Part shown: positions 11,796 through 26,360 of the stretch, piece after piece | Layout: every line of letters begins with the position of its first letter | How positions within the stretch are numbered: position 1 is the first letter of the stretch | Program-made: the position numbers and the translations under genes | Notes under the pieces: model-generated | Database searches by the model: none | Told to the model about the DNA's origin: nothing | Seen by the model: the letters and a program-made list of their open reading frames with translations, nothing else | NCBI GenBank assembly: GCA_951406725.2 | Contig: OX597816.1 | Coordinates: 179,242,001 to 179,306,000 of the forward strand | Source: Octopus vulgaris | Lineage: Eukaryota | Direction of reading: 5' to 3' | DNA length: 64,000 bases

Positions 11796-14700
11796 CCCCG
11801 CTTATTTTCCGAATATGTCCCACACATACAGTTTAGGAAGAGAAAAAGTAATGGTGATACTTTGAAAAATTAAACCCATGCTTATCTTGGAATTTATACC
11901 GATACCTCCACTACATTATCAAAACACTGTTCTGGAACTGTTATTCCGCTCTCGTAGGAAAGTCAAGGGATAGTGACTTGAGTCCATCCCCCGACTTTGT
12001 TTCTCCTTGACTATCTTAAAAATGCATATTTTTCAATGAGATTTTCCACAGATATTTTTTATACCGTATTGATTACAGTTGCATGCCTAGGTGGGGGGGG
12101 GGTCGGAGAGGAAAAGGGTATTCTCCTCACTACAGCCTTTGTTAGTGATGCATATATTTTCAATGAAGATTTTCAGAGATAACGTTTCCAGTGGTGAAAA
12201 TTACGATTTCATCATCATCATCATCATCATCATCATCGTTTAACGTCCGTTTTCCGCGCTAGCACGGGTTGGACGGTTTCGACCGGGGTCTGGGGAGCTC
12301 GGGACTGCCCCAGGCTCCAGTCTAGTCTGGCAGTGTTTCTACAGCTGGATGCCCTTCCTAACGCCAACCACTCCGCGAGTGTAGTGGGTGTTTTTTACGT
12401 GCCACCTGCACAGGTGCCAGAGGGGTCTGGCATCGGCCACGTTCGGATGGTGCTTTTTATGGGGGGGGGGTGCAGAAATATAGGGGAGCACCAGTGGGAG
12501 GGGTGGTTCAGAGGACAGGTACTAGTCAAGTAGAACGTAGGATATCGAGAGAGGGGTAATGCATGGTGAAATAGCGTATTGAAGAGGGGGGTTCAAAGAG
12601 TAGACACCTATAATGGTGGTGGGGGGTGCAGAAATGTTTTCTTTAAATTCTATCAAGATAATGGTAGCCTGCATCTTTGAAAATGGATAATGTATCTCGG
12701 GGACATTTCATCTAAAAATGTGCATTTTAAACAAAGTTGTGAGGAAACAGAGTTGAGAAGACTCACTTCTGTAGAGGAGCATGCCTCACCTGCTGTGCAC
12801 TAGCGTAGCAAGAGGGGAAGGTCCTCCTCGGGTGGCACCACTTTTGGGTCTAGGGTCAGTGTGGTTACCAAGAAAATATTTTTTCAAATTTTATCAAGGC
12901 ACATGCATGGCTGAGTGGTTAAGAAGTTTGCTGCTTGATGATGTAATGGTGTTGTCTTGGAGTTGTTGGTCTTGGGTTCAGTCCTACTGTGCAACATCTT
13001 GGGCAAGTATCTTCTACTATAGCACCGGGATGACCAAAGTCTTGTAAATGGATTTTATAGACTGAAATTGAATGAAGCCTGTCGAATATACATGCGTACA
13101 TGTGTTCGTACGTACGTAGGTACACTCATAAATATATAGGTATGTTTGTGTGTCTTTGTGTTGTGTTCATTCCCCACCATTGTTGGTTTGTTTACGTCCC
13201 CATAACTTACCAGTTTGGCAAAAAAAGTTTGTTAAAATAAGTACTGGGGTCAGTTTGTTTGACCGAACACTTCAAGTTGGTGCTCCAGTATGGCCGTAAT
13301 CCATCTGAAATAAAATATAAGAATCCTACCCCACCAAAAAAGCCCCTCTCTTTCTGGAACCGTCTTAATAAGTTACAGTATTTCACCTTCCTACTTTACC
13401 TTCATAACCTCTCCTACTAATGGTCTTACCCTGTTCTACTATACTATGCATATTTTTAAGTTGTTCTTCTTTGACATGTGACTTGTTGGTCTTTATTTCT
13501 TGGTAGCTTTATTCAGCAATGGAGTAACTAGACACTAACTGAAGGCAGCATTTCACAATATATAATATAGTCCAAGTAAGACAAAGAAATACTTTAACAC
13601 ATCTTTAAATCATTAGTTACAATTGTTTCTGTACCAGCTCTGCTTACAATGACAGTTTCTGCAAAAATTCCAAGCATCTAGGAACTTAAAGCAAGAAGTG
13701 TAGTACTGGTGTGCCCTTTAAGTTTGAAATTATGATAGATCTGAGATGTTTTGGTAGAAATATGATAGTAATTCAAAGCAACACATATATTGTTATATTC
13801 CCTTTTGCTTAATTGTAGTGGTATTGTTTATTTATAATGGTAACTGTTTCATTGCTCTCTGCTTGCCCCAAACCTGTGTGTTCCCCCCACATGTAACAAG
13901 AAAACTTTTCCCTCACCCTATCCCAACAAACTGATCTACATCTCCACATCCCTTCCTCACATTTCCTCCTTCATACACTTTGCATTTGCTCTCACTTTCC
14001 CATCCTGTCCTCATGGCTCTGTTCCTCTTAATATTGTTATCCGGTAGCCCCCTAACTATATATACCCAGGTTTTCACCACTCACTGCCTGCTCTGCACCC
14101 TTTAATCACACTTCCTTCACAATATTCTGCCATTTATAAAATGGTGTTCGGACCTCAAGGCTATGCCCTGGCACTTTCCACCATCTACATCTCTCCCTTC
14201 CTTTACTCAACCATCCCATTTATATTCTGATCCCCACCCTCGTGAGTATGACTGGCATTTTGCCACCATCTCTATCCTACTGACTCCCACTCTCTCTCTT
14301 CTCTTGGGTAACCATGTATTTCCTTTGCGGTAGTGCACCTGTTTCTCTCTTCATTCCTGATCTCTCTCTCTCTCCCCCGACTGGGTATCCTTGTACTTCC
14401 TCTACAGTAAGACACCTGTTTCTGTCTCTGTCGCACTATAAACTTTCACCATCTGACACAAGATCTCCTCCTCCAATGCATCCTCCTCTCTTGAAAGTTT
14501 TGTTTCTTTGTCTTGCAAGTACTTGGTTACCCTGTCAGTGCAAGGGCCACTTAAAAGCACCCAGTCCTCACTGTAAAGTGGTTGGTGTTCAGAAGGGCAT
14601 TCAGCTGTAAAAACCTTACTAAAACTGATCTTGCCTTTGTTTGTGCCATGTAAAAAGCACTAAGTCCACTCTACTAAGTGGTTGGTGTTAGGAAGGGCAT

Positions 14701-17614
14701 CCAGCTGTAAAAATCCTGCCAAAACAGTCACAGAAGCCTGGTGCAGGCTCTGGCCTGGCTGACTCTTGTGAAACCATTCCACCCATGGAAGGCGGATGTT
14801 AAACATGGTGTTGTTGTTTTTTAACATTAGCATCAAGCCACAAATTTGACAGTTAGGTGTAATCAATTAAATTCATTCCAGTACTTGCTTGGTACTTTAG
14901 TTCATTGACCCTTCACCACCTGAAGTTTGTAAAGCAAATTGTCCTTTGTGGGTTTGCGCTTAGAACTAAATATTACAAGGTGTTTTCATCTGATGCTCTA
15001 ACAAGCCTATAAATCATTGAATATCAACATATTTCATCATACGTTTTATGACACAGTCCCTGAGAAGAGCATGTAAGGGAGAACAACTTAGTGGAGATTT
15101 TATATCCCAGTCCACTGTTTTAAAACATATTTTGTTGATCATAATAGAACGGCCCTTTTATTTAATTACTTGATTAATTTTATTTTAATGATATAAACAA
15201 TGAATATTATTAGTAATCAAAAATATTTGCATTTTGTCCATATTGTATGCTCCCAAATAGCAATGAAATAATACAAAGTGTCCACACATATTTTTATATT
15301 TTCGACTTATTTATGTTTGCATGGATCACAAAACTAAGTTTATGTATAAAACTATTGACTTGTAAATTCTACATTTCATGACAATAGACACCAAATGAAA
15401 ATATTCTCCAATTATTATTATGCAAAATCCCACTGCCCCCTGATGTTTGCACTTTGCAAATAGAGATTCATCAGTCTTATCAGCATTTTCACTGCCTAAT
15501 TTAATTGGACGGACAAATAAATATAGCCATTCAATCTCAATCTACTTTGATGACTGATCCACTTTTGCTCATTAATTTCCTGTGGCCATAAATGAATTAG
15601 GAAAATAATTTTATTAAAAGAGAGCTTGCAATTTAAAAAAAAAGTTGTTAGCCTTTATGTGTGTGTGTGTGTGTGTGTGTGTCAATGGTGGTGGGGGATA
15701 AGAGCCTTTGTTTCTAACAAAGTTGTTATTTAAGTAATCTTGGATCAGACCTGACTCAAGGTGCACCAGTGAAGGATCTTTGCTCATTTATTCAGACATA
15801 GCATATTTATGACTACATTCACTAATGTATCCTTCCCTTTTTAAGATTTGAGGGATCTTTGGCTTTATCTTTTATAACAAGACAATTGACTCATGTCAGC
15901 TGATGTATGTAATTGTTCAATTATGTAATTAGTAAAGATGGCAGTCCATATGGGGAAAACATAACGAATACAATATCCTGTCTTTCTTCGTGTATATCCA
16001 TCCAGGTCCAGTGGCTTTCCTGGACCAGTGTAACTACTCCATGCCAAATGTCTTGGTCGAGTGATGAAGCATGTCCAACCTGGGTTTTAGTCACAAATGT
16101 CTTTCACCAGCTGAAATATCTCATCTGGACATAACACAAATATATATGAAAGCAGTAGGTTGCTAGCTGAACTGGCTGATACTGGCTGCGGTCAGTTTGT
16201 TGTCCATTTGTTTGCTCAGCATCCAGTGACATTTGCCTGCTGCATCCCATGATTTCAACGGTACCTGGCTCAAGTGGTTACATACTATTTAATCCATAGC
16301 TAGGACCCTGACTGGTGATTCTACTCCTGGTCAGTGTAGACCTGGGAACAATAGTGGCTCAGATGTGGTTCCATACCCTTCAAATCCCTGGAACGCCCAA
16401 ACCAAAGCTCCACTACTCGATGCTGTTTTAAGTCATGCATGAGTAAGAACTAATTATTGCATTCTTAGTATCGGTATGAGGCCAGACAGTTTCTACTTCT
16501 CATCCTGTACCAGTAATATTTTATTGTCAGATCAGTTGACAGCTTCTGTCTCCTCAAGAAAGTCTCTTAAGATATTGTATTTAACTTAACCTTTTGTCTC
16601 ATTTGAATAAGTCAAACTTATGTTACTACAAATTTAAAATAGTCACATGATCTTTAGTCAGCATTAAAAAAATAAAGAAATCATTATATCTCCCGTTCAT
16701 CAACCTTGATGTAATAAATGAGATGATGATTATTATTGGCAGAGGTCAGACATTTACCTCTTTAACTGAGTCCTCATCAACTTGAGTATTGGGGTCAATC
16801 AACTGTTCCCCACCCCCGAAATTGTTGGCCTTGTTCCAAAATTTGAAATCATTATTACTATTTATTATTATTACAAAATTATCACCTTGATAAATAAAGA
16901 AAAGGCTTTTTTTTTCACTTCTGATAAGCTCATTTCATCTATCCACTATCTGCCTTCCTTTCTGTAACAAATTCTGTTTTATCTGTTTAATTTGAAGAAC
17001 ATTAACACCTAATCACTTAATCTGCTTTTTGACTACAATACATATTTGAATAGACCTTATTACTCACTATCTCTCCCCCCCCTCTCTCACTTAGCAACAG
17101 TCTTCTACATTTAAAACTAAAAGTCCACTAATATATCCTTTTTTTTTTGTATATATAATTAAGCTTCTGTCTTTTGATTTCATAACTGATTAGAATTTAA
17201 TACTAACACTCACCCACCACCAAGTAATAAAGCAAGGGTTGATAACTGGAGGAAACAATTTTAGGTAGAAGCCTCTGAAAAGATCCATTTGAAAAGGTAC
17301 ATCAATTTATGTAAAAACCTTCCAAAATAGCATCAATAAGCCATTAACATAGCATGAATACAATGAATCAATATGATATTAACACACAGTTAACATGCCA
17401 TCAACACCATTGATATTACCATCAACTCACCATCAATATACCACTGTGCTGGTCGTGAGTAGAGGAACAGGGGCTATTATAACATGTTATAAGAGAGAAG
17501 CATTCAGAGGCCACAGTGGTTGTTGGCCTCTTTGTCGGGGCCAGTTGTTTGCCTGTTTCTATGGTTATATTTTCAAGCAATGAATCCTAGATTGCTTTCT
17601 TGCTTCACAGAGGT

Positions 17615-17855
17615 ATATTTATTTCTTCATTGCCCACAGGGGGCTAAACATAGAGGGGACAAACAAGGACAGACAAAAGGTTTAAGTCGATTACATCGAC
17701 CCCAGCATGTAACTGGTACTCATTTAATTGACCCTGAAAGGATAAAACGCAAAGTTGACCTTGGCGGAGTTTGAACTCAGAACATAACGCTAGACGAAAT
17801 GCCACTAAGCATTTCGCCCAGCATGCTAACGATTCTGCCAGCTCGGAGCTCACCA
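17615..17855 (-). mobile_element. tRNA-derived SINE family C (Deu/Nin-like core). Other copies ~19640-19790, 29310-29495, 31245-31460, 49960-50345, 60410-60600, 62355-62590
   Basis: Sense strand ggcgagctggcagaa (A box)...gagttcaaattcc (B box)...gcctttcatcctttcggggtcgat..taagtaccag recurs many times. Confidence 0.8.
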
Positions 17856-18040
17856 CTTCCTAATTATATTATAAATATAAAGAGACAATGTGAACCAGCT
17901 GAATATTTCATCGGGTTAATTAAATTTTTATATTTATGGATGGAAGTTGTCATAAATTTAAGTAGCCTGGATTTCATATAAACCCTTTTACTGTGGAAAT
18001 CAGATATATCCACTCAAAATTTCATTACCCTAACGATGAA

Positions 18041-18180
18041 GCGAGGGTATGGACGAGATTGAGTTCACAGAAGCCGAATCTAACATGAACGACTTGATCT
18101 CAGAGTACCAACAATATCAGGATGCCACTGCTGATGAGGGCGACCTGGAGGAGGAAGAAGAAGAGGAGGAGCCCTGTTAA
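18041..18180 (+). pseudogene. TUBB: Beta-tubulin C-terminal fragment (5'-truncated copy) in GDE1 intron 1
   Basis: [48 protein letters not shown]; unmistakable beta-tubulin tail; no upstream tubulin sequence or splice acceptor. Confidence 0.9.
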
Positions 18181-21100
18181 TAACTTTAATCTCGAAGGAA
18201 ATTTTGAGTGGATATATCTGATTTCCACAGTAAGTCAAGTACAGCCAGTCTATTTTTTGAGGAATGTCATGTTCAAAACTACTTTTGTTCAAATATGTCA
18301 AGTTTATTGAAGTAATGTGACTCGTAGAACGATGCTAGTTCTGTTTTACTGGAATAAGCACAAAATTTAATTTCCCGTTTACAGGGTGAAACTCCTTTAA
18401 AAACTGTTATTGGTGTGTAGTTTGCACTTTGCCATTCTTTTGATTTATCTTCTTGGATATTATCTAAATCATTCTTGTTGAGTATAATAATTTCCTGGCT
18501 TGATTATTTGACATCTTGGGACCTTGAAAGTTCAGTTAACTTCTTCATGTGCTTTATGAAACATTCAGTTTTGCTGCTGCAACTCAAGTTACCGTTTAGC
18601 ATTCAGTTTTCTCTGTCAACTTTAATGCTTATTTATTCATAATGTTTTGAATTAATCATAAATCTTGTAGCTTTGAAATTTCAATGATGTGATTGATTAT
18701 TCTTAGAATGACATTGTCGGATAGGTGTGAGAAGCTTGATCTGATCAGTTCAAACACAAAACAGGTAGAATCTTTGGGCCTCATGTGGCCAGTTTGAAGG
18801 CTAAAGCTAGACAGCTGTATCAAGAAACACAAATTGTTTATTGAAACTAATTATCTTAATTGTCTTTTTCAGCTCCTCCTATTTTCTTTTTTTGAGATTT
18901 CAATGATGTGATTATTTTTAGAATGACATTGTAGGGTAGGTGTGAGAAACCTGATCTGGTCAGTTCAAACACATATCTTGCTCTTTTCAGCCTATTTAAC
19001 ACTGGAAACATGAGCAATTTTCATCACGTAGCAGTGATAGGCTTTAGCACGTGCAATTAGCTAATTTCAGTTCTCTGAAGACATAAAATATAAGGAACAG
19101 TTTTTCACAAAATATTTGAAATGTTTCAAACCTGTGGTCTCTTTTACAGCATCACCTAGACTTATGTTCAAACCTGTCCCTGACTCAGTGCCAGTTTTGT
19201 AATGTTTGAATTCTTTTCTAGTATTACTGAGGCTCCAACAATTACAAGTGATATCACGTTTTCTTTTAGGTTCTTCACTGAACAATCACTGCTTCCTATT
19301 TATAGACTTTGAATTTGCACCAAGTTCTAAATGTTCTAAGTCAAAGTAGAAGGATATAGAGTGGGAAGACTCACTAAATGTTCTTGTTCACAAGTAGGCC
19401 ACTTTGAGAATTTTGCCTTCAAATAATCAGTCGTAATAGACATTTTATATTGTTTGGTAATTATATCTTTTACTGGTGTTTTCACATTTGATTCCCTTTG
19501 ACATGTGCAACATATGTATATGTCTTACAAGGGTGTAGAACATGTCCTAAATTATGACCATCCCTGTCTTTCATTTCAATATCATAAGACATATTTGTGT
19601 ATGGCCTATCTTTGTGTACAATATTATATGCAGTTCTAAAGGCAGTGAGCTGGTAGACTGGTTAGCACATTGAATAAAATAATGGCATTTCTTCTAGTTC
19701 TTTATGTTCTAAGTTCAAATCATGAAGTCAGCTTTGCCTTTCATAAAATAAAGGATGAGTCAATAAAGTATTGGATTCGATATTATTGACTTGCTCACTC
19801 TGCCAAAATGTTAAACAATTATAATACAATTCTAAAAACTTGACCTGATTTTGCTTTGTCATTTATCAATGACACTCACACTGTTTTTCAAAGCAACATT
19901 ATAAAAAAAGAACCCAGTGCAAAGTCATGATGTCCAGAAAAAATATTCTTTGGTAGCCTCCTAGTAAAATAATACTAGCTACATTTTGACATGTTGAAAA
20001 GGGATTGTTATATTGAAGGAGTGTCAGACAATCAAAAAAATATTGCTCACAGTTTTAGCAGTAAGAATGTTTTCAAGTACTCACATGTGCCATTGAAAGA
20101 TTTTCTCTCAAATTCTTTCAAGGCCATATCAAATAACTCTTCTGGTGTGTGCATGGGTCTTTTATCTTTTATCTTTTACTTGTTTCAGCCACTAAACTGC
20201 AGCCATGCTGGAGCACTGCCTTGAGGAATTTTTAGCTAAATGAATCAACTTCAGTACTTCTTTTTCTTTTTAAACCTGGTACTTAATCTATCAGTCTCTT
20301 TTGCTGAACTGCTAAGTTATGGAGATACAGATACACCAACACTGGGTGTCAAGCAGTGGTGGGAGACAAATACAGACAAATTCAGTTTCTGCCTACCAAA
20401 TCCACTCACAAGGTTTTGGTTGTCCCAAGGCTAGAGTAGAAGACACTTGCCCAAGGTGCCATGCACTGGGACTAAACCCTGGGACCACATGGTTAGGAAT
20501 CAAGCTTCTTACCGCACAGCCACACTTGTGCATGTGTGTCCTTGTGTTCGTTCCTCCTCCTACATCCTGACAATCAGTGTTGGTTTGTTTATGTTGCTGT
20601 AATCCAGCAATTTCACCAAAAGTAACTGATTTGAATAAAACTTATAAATATAAGTACTGGAGTCAATTTGTTTGACTAAATCCTTCAAAGCAGTGCTCCA
20701 GCATGGCCTCAGTCCAATGATTGAAACAAGTAAAAGAAAAAAATCAACCATTTATCTAATTCACCTGTTTATTGGCAGGAAAGAAAATGAGCAACAAGAG
20801 AGTCAAGGAGGAAGAGTGTGAGAGAGAGAGGGACTCTCCCCTTCACCATTCCCTCTCTCTCTCTCTCACTCTTCCTCCTTGACTCTCTTGTTGCTCATAT
20901 GTGACCAACGGCCATCCATCTTTCTTTCTTCTACTTCCTTCCTAAAGACAAAACATACTTTTGTCTGTCTCTTCTCAAAGCTCGTTTTTCCATCGTTCAC
21001 CACTTCACATCGTCTTGGCTTAACAACCCTCACCGTTCGTTTTTTACTGTTTTGTTCTCACTGTCCTGTTTTTGTTACTACTTTCACCCTCCGCAAAAAA

Positions 21101-23105
21101 TCCCAAATTTGATTTAATTTGCTTTGCGGGAAGGACTGTTTTAATGATGTTGCATCTTGTCCTTACCTTCAAAATGCGGAGTAGATAAAACAGGGGACAA
21201 CTGATGAAGGGAATGTTCTGTATGTCTCGTTTCTCTGTTTGTTTTGTTATTCGAAAAAAGTTCATTTCCCATGTTTTTGTGGTTTTTGTTCTCGTTTCTC
21301 ATTTTGTCTACATTTTTTTGAAGTCCTGTACCCATATATGCATATATATGAGCAACGAGAGAGTCAAGGAGGAAGAATGAGAGAGATAGAGAGAGAGGGA
21401 ACAGTGAAGGAGGGAGTCCTTCTCTCTCTCTCTCTCTCTCTCTCGTTGCTCATGTTCTTTCATGTAACCATATATACATATATATATGTAGATATGTACA
21501 TATATGTATGTATATATGCATATATTTATACATTATTATATATATATTTATATATTATTATTACATATATAATGTATGTAGGCAAACACAAACACAATTA
21601 CACAACGTATACATGCAACTGTGTACATAAATGTTGCATATAAATATTCATGCACATTTCAAAACACTTCTGCTTCAAATCCAATCAGAATGCTGAAGCC
21701 ATGCTTACTGTTAAACTATAAATGAGGATCTGTTATGTTTTATTATCAGAAGGACAAAATAAAATATGCATACGTTATTATTATAGTTAAACAAATATTC
21801 TGTTGTGTCTGGGGAGAGTCATTTTCTTTTTGTGCCTTATAATATAACACACTCACCGGTAAAATTTCCACTTATTTCTTATTTTTATTTTCCTAAAATT
21901 TTCGTTGTATTTTGCAACCTTTTCAATAGTTTTGACTCTGTCCGTTATTTACACTGCGTTCCCTTTTGTTTGAAAACAAAATTATTACAGCCTATAAACA
22001 GACAGGATGTAATAGCTTGATCAGAAATCTGCATAGACAAACCTGGGCAAAAGCCTCAGCTGTTACTTCTCAGAACCCTTTTTTTAAACTAGACACTTAG
22101 GAAATCTACATTACCGTCTCAAACATCATTACAGGTATTTATAAGTATTTAAGTTCATGATTATTTACTTAATAGATGAAGTAGTTGTATATTTCCAAGT
22201 CAGTTTTAATCGAGCAGATTTATGATTAATGGTGTTCCAGTGACGGTCATCCTGTCTTTTTCTTTATCTGGGACTGTTATCTAAAATATCCTTCCTTTCT
22301 GAAATATGTAAATCTCAAGCTACATACCTTCATGTCATGTAACTTGGTTGCTATTTGGAGTGAGGCAAATGACCTGTTATTGTTAACACAATGATAAGCA
22401 CTATTGAATACAGTTAATTAGTAAAAACTGACGAGATTAGTGTTGGGTTTTGTCAGCAAAAATCCAGTCAATGATATTAATCAAATAAGTCAAATTTGCG
22501 AACAGTGAACTGGAGAGGTTTACTAACTAAAATTTGTGTATTATTTCAACTATCAGTAATAAAGGCAATGAGCGAGTTAGGAAAGCTTCATGTGGTCCCT
22601 TAATCTGCTAGAATAAGCAACTAAATCACTCTCAAATGACACCTAACCATTTTAAGAACTTTCCCCTCAATTTCAATGTATGAGTATCTAATGGTTTGAT
22701 TTACTACACTACCTGTTGATTGAACAAAGGTGTAATGTCGTAACATATTCCACAGACAGGTGTATACCTTAGTATGATTCTCAGGTAGAAAACAGTTTAA
22801 CATTTTGGTTTCAAAATGTTTCTACTGTAGTAAATGTGTTTTGGGTCCTAAACAACCATAGGACTTTTGTTGTATGATTGAAACTTGTATGATTATACTG
22901 TGTGTGTGTGTGTGTGTGTGTGGGGGGGCAGGGTTGGTGGTGGTGGGGGGTTGTATCTAACAAGTAGCCATAAAGAGTATCAGAGTGTAAAATTCTTGAT
23001 GATGTGGGCAGTCTGAGATTTGATATTAAAATATCCAGTAGAGTACGAAAGAAGAATTATGTTTGTACCAAAATATTTCGTCTCTAATTGAATTTTCTTT
23101 TCTAG

Positions 23106-23281
23106 GCTAAGAAAAATGGTGCAGTTGCTGTCGAATTTGACCTTGAATTTACTGGAGACTGTTATCCTATTGTTATGCACGATGAAACCCTTGATCGCAC
23201 CACAAATGGAACAGGTTTTGTACGCGACCACACCCTCGAAGAAATTCTTGACTTGAATGCTGCAGCTAAACATAAACACAG
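23106..23281 (+). CDS. GDE1: GDE1 coding exon 2
   Basis: tttctag acceptor; AKKNGAVAVEFDLEFTGDCYPIVMHDETLDRTTNGTG... (E-x-D and HD catalytic motifs); GT donor at 23282; 176 nt. Confidence 0.95.
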
Positions 23282-25738
23282 GTATATTTGCTGATAGTTT
23301 TCTTTGTGCTAATAAATATGTTTGGAGATTTTCTAACTCGATGTTCTCAATAAACCTAGTTTAACATAGTTTAAGTGTCTACATGAGGTCAGTTTCATTA
23401 TCTTTTGTTTGTTTCTCTCATTTTATCTAATTTATTGCCACATGCAGAGGATTGGCTTGCAGCAGTTCTGTGCTGGTGCCGCATAAAAAACACTTGTGCT
23501 GGTGCCATGTAGAAGTGCTTGTGCTGGTGCCACGTTAAAGGCACCCAGCACACACATTGTAAAGTGGTTGGCATTAGGAAGGGCATCCAGCTGTAGAAAC
23601 CATGCCAGAACAGCCTGGAGCCAGGTGCAACTCCTCTAGCTTGTCAGTTCTGGTCAAACCGTCCAACCCATGCCAGTATGGAAAATGTACGCTAAAGAAT
23701 GATAATAATGATGATGATGCTCATTTTAAGTCATTCTAATTTCTTAATATGGATAATTACCAGGGTTGGTAGGCTAATGAGGGTCTGATTTGCTATAAAA
23801 TTGAATAGTTCCTCTCAGAATACTAATCTCTCTTTTGTTCCGTGGCACATATCTTCTGTTTAAAAACATCAATTGTATCCTCAGCTGAGAGGAACTGATA
23901 ATAAGTCTGTAAATATAGAGATTGCTATCAGCGTGAAGAAACCTATGTCCAAAGTCTATCCACTGTTACAAAAGTTCAGTAGAACTGGCTGATAAGTTCA
24001 GTTGTGTCTGTGTTGTAATCAGTGCTTGAGATAGAAGAGCAGCAATAGCATCTTTTCTGATAACAAGATTGACTCTATAATGTGTATTTCAGATGTCCTG
24101 GGGCATATGTCGGTGAGCCCAGCTGGAGCAAGCATAGCGTTGTGACTGTACAGTCTATTGTAGCTCTCTGACTACTTTATTGATTTTAATTAGAGATATT
24201 TTGTTTACAGATACTGTACATAGTCTGAAGTTCAACATATATGCTAGTGTCATTGTCATCAACTAATGACAGCCATTATAAAACATACAACTCATCATTG
24301 ACAAACTTCCATTCATTATACTTATTGGCAAACATAAAACACAGATGAGGTTGATACCCTGGCTTGTAAATAAACCAGTGTATGTATTGAGTACTTTGTA
24401 TCTCTGAAATTTCCTCCTTAACGTATTATGCAGTAATCTAATGGATGCACTGCTTGGGTCCATTATATAACTCCAAATATATAATTGGAAAACTTTGCTG
24501 TTCATTTTCCTAAATGTCTCATGGTGTAGCACCACCACCTGGTTCTTGGGTACTTTTAATGGCATTTGCTCTAGGTTTTCAGTTTGGGGATGCATTTCCC
24601 CTTCCTCCCATCAATCTTGGCTGCCTTGTAAAAGGTCAGAAGCACTGCCCTTCCCTCCTACTTAAACAAAACAAAACACAAAGCAAAACAAACTTTAGAG
24701 GCTGTTCAAACATGTGTCTTACATTGAAGACATTTTTTCTCAAGAAGAGGATGTTATACATTATAGAACAACAGTGAGATTAAAAATAATCCTCATTAGC
24801 ATGAATGTTAGTTAATGCTGTTTCATGGCCACTGGTGTATATGTCATGTAACCTTTACATTATCAGCAACAGAGAAGGTTATCCGTTGATCATTTCCTTG
24901 TAATGTTGCTTCTAGAGACCAAGTTGGTGACATTGCTGGTTCCGAATAACTGGCATTATTTTCCACGTTTTATCTGGGAAAATACTTTCCAAATTAATGA
25001 GATTTTATCAACAAAGAAGTAACGAGGCATACAAATATTCTATTTTATGTTTAAATTCGATTGGTCTCACAGTCTGACCATTATATAATGTTTCCCTCAG
25101 TTTTCATCTGTTATATTCTTCCTGATATTTCATATGCGTGTGTGGGGAGGGTCTGTGAACAATCAGTCATCTATCATTAGTCAGCAACAAGCATGTGACG
25201 TTTGGCGGTTGTTTTCCTTTTACTTTGCACGACTGAATAGAGACGACAATAATATCCTAAAGTGGATGTTTTCTTGGTACAAGAAAGAAGCAGGATTGAC
25301 ACAAGAATTGCATTCTGTCACTAACAAAGTAGATTCCTAAATGTCTATTTTAAACTAAGGTTCTGAGAAGCAACAGCTGTAGTTTTTGCCTGTGTTTATC
25401 TATCTAGATTTCACCTGGAGCTATAAAGAATCATTGTCTGTTCACAGGATGTAATAAGTGTTTCTGCCTTTCACAAGCTGTACAGTGTTGCCACAGAGCA
25501 AACGCATAATGGACTCTGTTGTTGTGGATTGTGGACAGTGATGTCTGCAAACCATATTTCGGTCACCGTAGAAACAAAAAAAGTTTTGGGTTGTTTTACT
25601 TGCTCAAAGCTAACCTGCCACACTAACAAAACCAACCTCATACCTTACTTCTTGCATGTATGCTTATGTGTATTTGTATATATGTGTGTGTGTTTGTGTG
25701 TATTTTCATGTTCTCTCTGGTTCTGTTTTCTATTCTAG

Positions 25739-25844
25739 GGCCAGTTATGGAAAAGTGAGGGTCCCACAACTGGAGGAAGCTGTTATGGTTTGCTTACAAT
25801 TGAAGCTAAAAATGTTTATTGACTGCAAGAGGAGTGCAGCTGAG
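25739..25844 (+). CDS. GDE1: GDE1 coding exon 3
   Basis: ttctag acceptor; ASYGKVRVPQLEEAVMVCLQLKLKMFIDCKRSAAE; gtaatt donor; 106 nt, phases compatible. Confidence 0.92.
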
Positions 25845-25871
25845 GTAATTGCCTTCCTATTGTGTGGTGTG

Positions 25872-25905
<34 letters not shown>

Positions 25906-25930
25906 TAGAGTTTGTATGTGTTTCTGGTGT

Positions 25931-26350
25931 TCAGGGTGTCCCTAAAGTCTGGACACAGGCAAAATGTATATTTTCTAGAAATACCTGAAAAATTTCAACA
26001 ACAATTTATTCAATTGGAATATTAACAAATAACATCTTCAACATGATTTCCACCATTTGTGATGCAAAAGTCTATGTGCTTTGCAAGATTTATATGAGTC
26101 CCATGCAATAACTCCACACAGGCCCAGCTCAAGGTACCAGCAACTCGGGTCATCACCCAGGGTGCCGTGTGCTTTTTAATCTACATTTTCAGTTTTTCTC
26201 CTTGTGAAAGTTTTAAAAAATCATACTTGTAAGGGTGCTCAAGTTCAGCCACCCTGGGACTGGCCCTGATTCCACACTACTCTTAATTTTAGCACAAAGC
26301 CAATCTGTGCAGGTAAAAAAATGTTGTAGGTAATAATATATAGGTAAAAT
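25931..26350. mobile_element. Non-autonomous DNA transposon-like repeat (Tc1-type cagggtgtcc end); second copy ~31718-31990
   Basis: Two similar copies sharing caggRtgtccc..aagtctggacaca..ggcaaaatgtatatttt and tttagcacaaagcca..tctgtg.aggtaaaaaaatgttgtagg. Confidence 0.55.
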
Positions 26351-26360
26351 ATAATATATA

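Noticed and set aside
13600-13640. GAAACAATTGTA (minus strand) as another hammerhead; similar partial motif near 10260-10310
   Set aside because: No matching CUGANGA core with pairing stems found nearby.
18041-18180. Terminal exon of a functional nested beta-tubulin gene
   Set aside because: No acceptor site or upstream tubulin exons seen; homology starts abruptly after an inverted duplication.
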